Assembly: GCA_024704765.1 (NCBI GenBank)
Contig: JAKMXF010000325.1
Location: 163,171 to 227,170, forward strand
Direction: 5' to 3'
Source: Oopsacas minuta
Lineage: Eukaryota > Animalia > Porifera
Length of the DNA stretch: 64,000 nucleotides
Numbering within the stretch: the stretch's first letter is position 1; every line of letters starts with the position of its first letter. The translations under genes and the position numbers were made by a program. A model generated the notes under the pieces. The model searched no databases. It was not told the DNA's origin and saw only the letters and a list, made by a program, of their open reading frames with translations. Below are positions 47,255 to 57,959 of this stretch, one piece after another.

Positions 47255-49739
47255 TTTAACACCCTAGACTAACCTCCCACCCAGTTTAACTCCGGGTATA
47301 GTCTGGGCTAGCATAGATTAACCCCAGGTATAAACTGGGCTAGCCCAGATTCTATCCCGGAGTTAATAGTCAACAAATTATGATGTTATCTGCTTGTAGA
47401 ATACAAGCGATGCGTGTGGCGGCGACACTTACAATGTCTATATTTATGTTTCAACTATATAAATAGACTAGAAGAGCATATCTACTTGTTTGATCTATCA
47501 ATTTTATTTACTACATTGTTTTGATGGATGATCAATTCTACAATTAAATATTGCATTTTTTTATTTCTAACGAAAACAAATATCCAGGAGAGATCTATAA
47601 ACTTCCAGCTGACAAACGAGTCAATGCGAAATCACAATTCAGACAAACTGTTAAGCCATATACTTTGAAGGATGGGGTTCTGATGCATGCTGAAAAGCAA
47701 GTGTTACGAAAAAGTGGAGTGGACGCAGTACTCAAAATGTGTCATGATAACCCTGTAACCGGTGGTTAATTGATACTGACAAAACCTACCAAAAGATCGC
47801 ATCAAGATTCTACTGGAAAGGTAAATATTTACTAATACTTAATTTAACATTCAATCCGGGAGCAAACTTTTGCAATGGGTAGCGCAATGCCACTGTTGGC
47901 ATATTAAAGCTTAAGTAAATTCCTTAATTAAGCGATGCTAACTTACTTGCAATCAATTGTTAGACCGTTGTTAATACATTTGGGTTTATTTTCAATAGAT
48001 GTTGTCAAATTCCCAAGATTCGGAATTGTAAACAAATTTCACAAAGTTTCATGATTCCCAAATGTTCTTTAGGTATGAAGCAAGAAATTGAAATGTATTG
48101 TAAACAATGCATCAAGTGATTGAAGTCAACCGAAAACTTAAGATAGACCGTCCTCCGCTGTCTTCGATACGCGTACCATCTCAAGTATGGAGTCTTGTAG
48201 GAATTGATCTCATCGGGCCCTTACAGGAGTCTACAAGTGGCAACAAATATATTGTAGCTATTTCACATCATTTTTCCAAGTGGTCAGAAGCTATTGCCAT
48301 TCCTGACAAAACTTCTAAATCTGTAGCTGATTTTCTATACCTAGTAGTTTGCAGATCGGATGTATGGGCACACTGATAAGTGATCAAGGAAGAGAGTTTG
48401 TGAACGAAGTTATTGATTATCTTCTTGACATTATGCAGACTGAGCATCGAATTTCTTCTGCTTATCATCCTGAAACAAATGGACAACGGGAAAGAGATAA
48501 CCGTACCCTGAAATCTGCATTGGTGAAATTATTAAATGAAAGAGGTGATGATTGGGATATGTATATCCCAGGAATACTATTTGCTTATCGCATAAGCATT
48601 CATGCTTCTACGAAATGTACTCCATTTCAAGCGATGTATTGTCGTAGTGCGAAGCTACCAATTGATTTGTACATTAAACCTCTAAAATCAATTGAGCAGG
48701 CGAATCCAAAAGTTTTACAGGCGTTTGGCATGATACGTGAAGCTATCAACGCCAAAATTGATCTTAATATCACAAACGCACAGAAACACCAAAAACGCAA
48801 CTTTGATAACCGTCATTCTAATAGCAAAGTGTTATCACCTGGCGCAACTGTGTACATAAAAAACAGCAAGCAAATACATCGAATGGGATCGAAAATGGAA
48901 CCACGCTGGATAGGTCCTTACAAAATCATTGAGTTGCTAGATAAAGGACGTGCAATCCTAGAGAATATTAACACAGGTAAGAAACTAAAATATATATATA
49001 ATATTGCAAATTTTAAGGTTTATGATTCAAATAACAAAGCTGAAGATGGTAAATCAAAGAAAAAAAAAACAATTTCCATATCACATTCTAAGATTAAGAA
49101 ACTAGAGTGTACGGATGAGCTAGTTTTAATTGGAGTTAAACAAGGAGTTAAACAATTCAACCTAAACAGACTGTTTTCTCCAATTTCCGCTGAGTGAAAC
49201 ACTAAGAAAGTATCTTTCTCAAACGGTTTCCAATTATGTCAGCGAAAGTGCCATTGACTCCAGTGGTGTTTGGGCAACCGAGGCAGAAATACTGACCACA
49301 GCTAATCTTATTCAACATGATATCGTTGCGTATGCAAAGAGTGGGAATTCTATGGAATGGCTTATATACCCTACATCTTTTACATTGACAGAAACAACAG
49401 AAACTGCATTGTATCTGAAAAATTTAGCTGAACACTTCAGCGTAGTCATTAATATACAATGATACTAGAAACATAGACAATATTTTTCATATCTGTTCGT
49501 TAGTACCATAGATTAATTTGTATTCGCAGATGATTTAAAAGAACTATTAATCACTATAATCTCATTGGGAATATTTACGCAGGGTATAAACTAGGCTAGG
49601 CTAGTTTATACCCAGGGGGTTAATCTAGGCTCAGAAGGTATAATCTGGTCTAGCCCAGTTTAAACCCTGGGGTAAAATCTAGGCTAGCCCAGATTATACC
49701 CGGGTATATTCTGGCGGCAGGTTAATCTAGGCTGTTACA
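47255..49739 (+). mobile_element. Ginger1-type DNA transposon (2485 bp), decayed
   Basis: CCGG|TTTAACACCCTAGACTAACC ... GGTTAATCTAGGCTGTTACA|TCGG; repetitive TIRs; Gypsy-like integrase without gag, RT or LTRs. Confidence 0.85.
47524..49462 (+). pseudogene. Ginger transposase: HHCC Zn finger, DD35E integrase core, GPY/F module and partial OTU domain; intron 47821-48072
   Basis: CHDNPVTGG..YQKIASRFYWKG|MKQEIEMYCKQC, GIDLIGP, ISDQGREF, YHPETNGQRERDN, RWIGPYKI, GVWATEAEILTTANL...LYLKNLAEHFSVV*; several stops and frameshifts. Confidence 0.85.
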
Positions 49740-50078
49740 TCGGGCAACTATTTTTTCGTGCCTGGGAAATATTTTAAAAATTGTATTTTTAACTGCTTTG
49801 AGCAAATTAGTTCTACTTATTAATAAACCTTTTTGCTGTGTTTCGATACTCCCAATAATTTCTATATTCATTAATTATTAATAATAGGCTATCTTCATAA
49901 TGAAAGTATAATACAGTTGCTATGGTTGCTATTGACGTCAGTAGATATGTAGAAATCCAGTATATATAATATACAATTGAATTCTAATCGTATATCTACC
50001 AGCTCTCAACTTAAATAACAAGCAACATTACTCAAACAGCTGAAGTGAAGTGGACTATATTTAGCAAATACGCGAAAA

Positions 50079-52163
50079 ATGGCAGAAACGTTCTTTCAAC
50101 GGGCTAAATATGCACAAGTGATGGAAAGATACGAAGGTCAGTTGTTATCCCTACCCCTGGGGACTCCTTTTTTGTCCAATTTGATTGAGGAACTGATCCA
50201 AGGGGGCTGGCTCGGGCCAGCTTCAATGTTGTGGTGAATATTTTGTAGCATACAAATCAGGTATTTTGAAAGTTTCAAAGTGTATTATGATAATTTGATT
50301 TTTGCAGATATGAGAAAGTTTATGGAGAGTGAATACAGGGTCATGTTTGAAAATAATATAACAATTCCACCAGAACATAGAAACTTACTCTCTGTCGCTT
50401 ACAAGAATGTAATCGGAACCAAGAGGAGCTCCTGGAGGACAATAAATTCCATCCAAGAGAAAGAAGAGATGGTCAGGCTAAGAACAAAGACCAGAAACTG
50501 ACTATCATTAAGGTGAATAAATAGTGGACAAATAAGAGGCACTAGAAAGTTGTCTACTGCCTCATATTTGCAGGTTTTCATTTAGGAGGGAGGCATTCCC
50601 CTTAGCTCGCTATTTATTTAATATACCAACAGAAATTTAAGAGTGCTATCGAGGAAGATCTAGACGAAATCATTCACACCCTTCTCAACCTGATAGACAG
50701 TTATAAGCTATGCAATGCTCATTTTGAGGGTAAGGATGACCCAAACTTAGAGTCAAATGTGTTTTACTCAAAAATGTAAGTCAATTTTAGACAGTAGATT
50801 CCACTTATAGAGTCACATCGGGACTACTTTTAACCCGATTAACAGAGTAATTTAGCACTGCTATTATACAGTGCAACCTCAATAAGCAGGGTCTCTATAA
50901 ATGGGGAAGGTCTGTAAGCGGGCAATTTTGGTCTACTTTCATTCATTTCCATAGAAACGAACCTCTATAAGCGGGGAGTGGGGTATGGAGCTTACTTTAG
51001 AGATACTTTTCCCTCACATCATCGAAATTTACTTATATTTGTGGAGAATTCTGCCATAAATTTCTTGAGTATTCAATTTTTGTGCTAAATTGGAAAAAAA
51101 CACGTATTTAAAGCTATGATGAATTGAAATTTTGGGTTTCTCAGAAGAATTTCTTACAAATTAGTATATTCAACTAACAACGATATTATGAATTGTACAC
51201 AGGAAGTGGGATTATTATCGCTATATGGCAGAATACAAATCAGGAGATGAGAGAAAAATCGTTGCAGAAAAAGCATCTGAAGTTTATAAAAAGCTGAAGA
51301 AATTGCAAAGTCCTTGCAATCAATTCACCCAATTAAACTCGGGTAAGAAATAACTAGCACAATTACACTAAAATTAACATCTCAGATTACAGTCTGTGCC
51401 GAGTTAATTTTCACCAGAGCATTAAGCGTTCCTCATTCTTTGGAGCGTGCAGGAAAATGGAGCGCGATCCTTTTCATTCCTTCATATTTACATTAGATTT
51501 GCATTTTAAGTTATCAATATTGAATTTAATCATTGCACGTTCGAGAAATTACTAAGTATGCAACGTTAAACAATTTCAAATGTGATTTATACAAGATTGT
51601 CTCAGCAGCCACTTTTTATAGAAAGAATACTGAATTTATGCAGGAATAACCATGAAATTTGTGTATTGTTTGCAATTAAATAGGAGCGCTCCACCTTCCG
51701 CTTCTGAATCAGAATTTGAGCGCGGCCCTTTAATGCTCTGATTTTCACTAAATTAATTACAGTGAATCATTGGAACTATATTATTCTACTCAACACATTT
51801 TAGCTAAGAAATTTCAAATACAGAAGAACTCGGATAAGATCTCGGGAAACGAAATAAAGTAAGTCTTAAGCCGAGTTCTACTGTAGTATATAGATAATCG
51901 TGAAAGTGTCAAAATCGAATTCTATATCCCCTTTAATATATAATATATTTTATATATTTCACCACAGATTAGGTCTGAATTATTCAGTTTTTCACTACGA
52001 GATCCTTGCCAATCCTGAGGAAGCCTGCAAATTGCTAAGATGACAATTGATTCAGCCTTCGAAGAAAGAGACTTGTTAAAAGAGGACACTTACAAAGACT
52101 CTATATTAATTATAAGTCTGCTGAGAGACAATCTTTCCCTATGGACAGCTGAAATACAAAATG
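50079..52163 (+). pseudogene. Divergent 14-3-3 gene, exons 50079-50136, 50308-50512, 50633-50775, 51203-51342, 51968-52163, with four apparent 1-nt deletions (pseudogene or assembly error)
   Basis: [88 protein letters not shown]; canonical GT-AG junctions. A short last exon is possible at 52366-52379. Confidence 0.88.
51415..51740. mobile_element. hAT-type MITE in a 14-3-3 intron
   Basis: Perfect TIRs CAGAGCATTAA / TTAATGCTCTG; perfect 8-bp TSD ATTTTCAC. Confidence 0.9.
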
Positions 52164-52174
52164 GTATGTAGCTA

Positions 52175-52351
52175 CGGTCAACTCCCGTTATATATAAAAC
52201 ACGAATATACCGAATACCCGCTTATATTGAAGTGTGAAATTGTACAAATATGGTCTCAAACCTTCAAAGTAACAAATATTTCATCGGTTATATCGAAGTA
52301 ATTATCACTACCCCTTGACCCCTTAAGCTTAGATATAACGAGAGTTTACTG
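52175..52351. mobile_element. pogo/Tigger-like MITE
   Basis: TA|CGGTCAACTCCCGTTATAT ... ATATAACGAGAGTTTACTG|TA. Confidence 0.7.
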
Positions 52352-53699
52352 TATAATAATTGCAGGATATTCGAGATAACGAATGTCAGCTGGCATTTTT
52401 GAAGCGCTTTTACTAGATAAAAAGAAGAAAATTCCAAATCGTTCACTGAATTCCTGAAAATTAACTACAGTTGAATTCGGGTATTTTCGTCCATTTCTTT
52501 ATAAAAAGAATGAAGACGAAATATCCAACTGGCCTGATTTCAATTGTAATTATTCGGTGTTTGTATTATAGGGGAACCTACAGGAGAAGAGGGTACAGGA
52601 GATCAATAAAGATGTCTACCCCTAGTTACACAAATTCCAATAGTTCAGCACTGTTTCTATGTTAGAACATTACTGTAATACAATAGTATTAATATTTTAT
52701 CATAATTTCTACAAAATAGAAAAGTTTTCAATTTATTTTGGGATGTAAATTTACAAAAGAATTATCAGTGGGTACCAGAAATGGCATATTGTGTCAATAA
52801 GTGTCACGATAGGTGATATATATCAAATAACTTAAAAGTAGCAATAACTCATGCTCCAAATATGACAACGTGGTCTCTATCGAAGCAAAAAGTTGACTCA
52901 TATGTGAGACAATTCGGGAACATTCAATAACTAGAAATAAATACCTTTTTAGGAAGAGCTCTAATATCCAAATGGTGTAGAAGTAATTCCTTCATAGAAC
53001 AAATATTAGGTATATACGGTGGTATACAAGCACCTACATTGATAATTATATTGTCAAAAGTGTCCAATTTCAAAATCACAGTGGACCTCGTGAATACGAA
53101 CACGGTTAATTAATTTTAATTCCTCTGAATCGTAGCAAGAGTGCAATAACATACAGATCATATTGCATTAGTTATGTGTTTACTACATACGTACTATAGA
53201 ATTCTAATACTGAATCCCTTAGTAGAGAAGGTATTTTACAGCAATATTGGGACATAACTAGAGACTCAAAACGTTTAAAGGATTACCGGTCGTTTAGCAA
53301 CAAATCACATATATTACGTGCAGTAGCTGCCGTGACCAATTTGAGTGGGAGGTGTATCTACTCGGTTTTAACAACGAAAATCATAGTTTTAACGTGGGAT
53401 ATATACTGTAAATATTTCAGTACTTGGAAGTATAAAGTATAGCTACATTTACTAAAACTAGAACACAATTGCCAAACCTGAGATGACTATTTAGCCGTTC
53501 CTGCGATATTACTATCACAACTGATATACTACATCAATACAACCAATTGCGGATACAGGAGTTAGTCAATTTTGAGTGAATTATTTTATTTAGGGGAATT
53601 CAAGATAGGTACGCATAAAATATAGCACTATACTATTTAAAACTACTCACTCAAATATGGTGATCAGATATATCTATCTATTGATTATCTATATTACAC

Positions 53700-54130
53700 A
53701 GCGTACGAAACTATAGCCTGTTCACAGTCTCCCATTGCTATACCGTCTAAAACGATTATTGATGGTTTATCTTTACAGGTTTGGCATTTGAAGTTGGTAG
53801 CATAATCAATATCGACCTCTCTTAAATAAGCGTTCGAAGCTTAATTTACAATTTGATACTTATATTTAAGTTCTCTGTCTATTCGCGACAGTTTGTTGTT
53901 TTGCTCTTTAAGAAATATGTATGAAATAATCACAGCAGACCATCGGCAATACTGAAATGATTATTACTTACCTGAAGTAACTAAAAAAGGGTTTCTGAAA
54001 CTGTCATCATCTCACTATATTCATGCAACAAACTGTAATGAACGAAATAATGGTTGTCAAGATTGATAAGCAGGAATTATGACTGTTAAACACACTAACA
54101 TTTGTAGGGTCCATTACAGAAGGTAATGTA
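53700..54130 (-). pseudogene. Decayed Cys-cluster protein fragment, possibly CxC/KDZ-transposase-related
   Basis: FLLINLDNHYFVHYSLLHEYSEMM and ASNAYLREVDIDYATNFKCQTCKDKPSIIVLDGIAMG; family assignment is from recalled motif resemblance only. Confidence 0.3.
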
Positions 54131-55949
54131 CACTAATAACAGTGACTAATAATAAGATATACCTATTCGTATATCACACGAACTATGAGTATCTAATATA
54201 TTAACCGTCTTTTATTCCAATTATATACAAAACATAAGAAAGTTAAGCCACATAAATCATTCTCCAGATATACAATTATACAATTATAGGTGATTAATCA
54301 TATTTTCACACCTTTCTATGTAAAATATATTAACAAGCTAGAAATAAGATTTCAAAGTGTTGTCAGGGGTAATTGGGTGCGTAGAGTCAGATTTTGAGAA
54401 TTTCAGAGCTCTAAAGTACCTAATTCACAGATCTATCATATGATTAATCTTATTTTTTCACACTCTTTTGAAATATTTCAAGATTATGCTAGAGATTTCG
54501 TTTTAACTGCTTGTCAGGGGTAACCGAGTATATAGATTTCAAATTTCACATTTTAAAATCTATATCTACATAATTTATCATATGATTAATCATATTTAAC
54601 ACTTTTTTGTATATTTTCAAATTATGCTAGAGATTACGTTTTAAAAGGAAACAATTAATATGTCATAATTAATATGTCATAAATAATTCTACATAATCGC
54701 CGGAATATTTGTTCAAAAATTGAAAATCGCGGATATATTGATGGATCGCCGGGGAGAGGCTGCGATCTGGTCTCCTTAGAGGGAATACTGGAATAAACCC
54801 ATACTAGTCAATTAGGTACAACCCCCTCCCCTGATCATATGAACTTCCAGCGCCCATGCGTATGTGTATAGTATATGATTGTATAGCCCAAAAGCCACGT
54901 AAGAGCTCCAATATTACCACAGAAGGCTGCGAAATCTAGCATTCCGATTAACATGAAAATTGGCACACATATACATTTTGGGTCGGAGATTTGCACCCCA
55001 GGTATGAATATGATTGTAGGGGTTCAGTTGGGGGAGACCCCAGCCAATTCTATCAAGTTTATTGATTCGATTTTGGAGGTCCCTTAATTGGGGGTCCCCT
55101 AAGTGGAAATCTAATTTTTCATTTGGAGGGCCCCCCATATAGAATAGAAATAATTGGGGGGTACCTCACTAATTTGTGGGAGCCCCCAACTGAGCCGCCA
55201 TAATGATTAAGCATATTTTACAGCTTTTTCATATTATTGAAAATGATGCTAGAGCTTTCGTTTTACCTGTTAGCCTGGGCTAAGGGTAATCGACTATTTA
55301 GATACCAAGTTTGACATTTTCAAATCTCTCACTTAGTGATTAATCATATTTCCCATATTTCTCAGATCCAGCTAGGAGTCCCAACCGGGGACATGCCCGC
55401 TTGAAAGAACAAAATCACATTACCCTGAGCTGCTCTCCCAGGCTGTTGGCTGGACATTTTTGTTGTTGATAATCATAAATTAGTATTCATCATTTTTCTT
55501 CATTTTGTAGATGAATTGTCTTTATTATTAGCATTATTATCATTATGCATGGCCGTAGGAGACAGTCCGCTTGGCCAGGTTTCAACCGGACCAACAATTG
55601 GTCTGCTTATACAAATAGTATCAGCCCCGGACTAACTTTTGGTGGTTTCATATAATTTTGTATAGGTTAACCTGACCAATTAAAAACTGCTTCAGTACGG
55701 GCCAGTTATGTGGCAGTATAGCTCGAGTAACCTCTTGTGCCGGAATTCAGAGGTGGTCGCTTTTGGGAAGCTCCGTATAATGTAATGGGCGAAAACATTT
55801 TATGATACATGTCAATATGTTTACATTGGACCGGCCGACCTTGAATACCAAATTATTCTCATCTTTAATTCTTTATAAAAGACACCAATTACAACCATTG
55901 CGAAATTTAGATTATAAGATATAACAAAAATAGTTCCTAATGCAGAAAT

Positions 55950-57000
55950 ACATATACCAAATGAATATTCAAATTCCCCTCTCCCATGACCTTCCCTCCC
56001 TATTGTATGAATTAGCTGACCTGAGGGTGATGGTATATTGATTTTATTAAGGTGAAAAACAGTGCTGAGAAAATTCCCTCAGGCATCTAAACAAAAGAAT
56101 GATGGAGAAGCCATCGTATGACCTAACTCACGAGAATTGCACAAGTTCAACCTGAGTCCATGATCCACTTCTTGAGAAGAAGTGAACACAGTTGTGACCG
56201 AGGTCGAGGACTACTACACAATTTGGAGTATGTTTAATATCTTTAGGACATCTTAGTTGTTGAGTGCCTAAACATTTCAGAAATCCGATCTTTTTAGAGA
56301 AGATTGAAACTCTCTGTGATTGTTACAATCAGCAACCCACACGTCTCCAATATGGTCGACACAGAGTACGAATGGTTGATTTAGCTCTCTGTCTCTTGAT
56401 CCTTCAGTACCAGTTCGCTTTACTTACATGGCGAACTGAAGCAGAGTGTGAAGATGTTTGTCCGTGATGAAGATGTGATATTAAGTAACTGCAATGCCAT
56501 ATTGCCTCTCGCGTACGCCTTGTCCAAATCTTTAAAAACTTCTCTATAAACGATAAACCTTGAATGTGACTATTCTGGAAATCAGCTATGTAAATATATT
56601 GATTGAATTCATCTAAAGCTATACCTCTAGACTTTAGCTCATTATTGGCATTACCTTTTTTCCAACAGCTAGGAGTGGCTGCTTTATAGTAGAGTAGCCC
56701 AACACCCAGTCCTTCACTTCCCCGAATACAACTATTCGACTTTGCAGTTGAGATAGCGTCGGAGACGAGAAGAAGGGCTGGTGGAGTTGGGTTGGAGTCT
56801 CCAATTTTTGATACGCTTTTGGTAGAGGTCAGTGGCCTGTTGATAGAATTCTTTGTTCTTGTTAACTTTGTGACTTAACTCAATCAAATGTTGTTGTTTT
56901 TGCCCGTTCTTCCATGGTTGACTAACGGATAGTTTCCTTTGAGAAATATTCCTATTTCATATCTAGCAGTTTGCTTAGTAGAGCGTCCCATCTCGCGACT
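55950..57000 (-). pseudogene. Second NHL-repeat (TRIM-like) pseudogene with coiled-coil N-terminus
   Basis: RWDALLSKLLDMK*EYFSKETIR, KQPLLAVGKKGNANNELKSRGIALDEFNQYIYIADFQNSHIQ and EGEFEYSFGIC; many lesions. Confidence 0.65.
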
Positions 57001-57959
57001 ACATGCTCAATTAAGAAATCGTACCTATCTGAGATTACCTTGCAACAGATTCGAATTGTAGACTAACTCGTGTATGTATGTGTTGAATGGTTGCCATTTG
57101 TATTCATTTGATTGAAATTTATACCGAATATCGCATACATTTAAATTCCTATATCATAGGTCCGGATAGTTAATAGTTGTATATATTTTGGATTTTGTAA
57201 ATAATTATGAAACCCGAGAATACCAATTTTATGTTATTTGCTTCTATGTAATTTAGTTTTCTTGGTTGTAGTTAGTTGTGCTTACCAGGCTTGACTCATT
57301 AGAATGAACTAGTTTTGATTTCCCCAAGAAATGTATTTAGAAAATTTTCGCATTCAACACGAGCATAAATGTACATAAATATATTCATGATGAATTTAAG
57401 AAGATATTTTATCATTTATATGGTGTCCAAAGCGTCTATCAAATCTGATAGACGATTTGGGCACCATATAATATATTCTTACTTGGTTTTGACATTTTTG
57501 GCTATTTTAACAAGGAAAAGTCAATAGTGTTTAATGCTACATAGTAATTTTCCGAGAGGGAATATTTATTTTGGGCAAATACTATACGACACCGAATAAT
57601 GCATGAGATAAAGAGCTCGTACTTAGGGTACTTCCAAATTATGGAGTTCGACTGAACAATGGTGAAAGATGAGGAAATGACTTTGCATAAGAGAAAAGGG
57701 TCAAATATCAGGATTTTGTTCACACGTATATATTGAACTTAGTAATATACGTTCAGTAAATTTGTTTACAAAAAGATTATTAAATACTTTTAACCAGAGC
57801 GTTACTTTAATTATATTCATACTAGTCAGAGAAATGACACAGAAAAATCACTAATCATACCTAACAAATAGTGAGGAACTAAAAAGAGCAATACAACATT
57901 ACCTACGTTGAAAAAAAGGAAGAGTTAATTAATCAAAAACAGAAAATACACTTTTGGTT

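Noticed and set aside
47255-49739. LTR (Gypsy) retrotransposon interpretation of the integrase
   Set aside because: No gag, protease, RT or LTRs; the element has TIRs, a 4-bp TSD and a spliceosomal intron.
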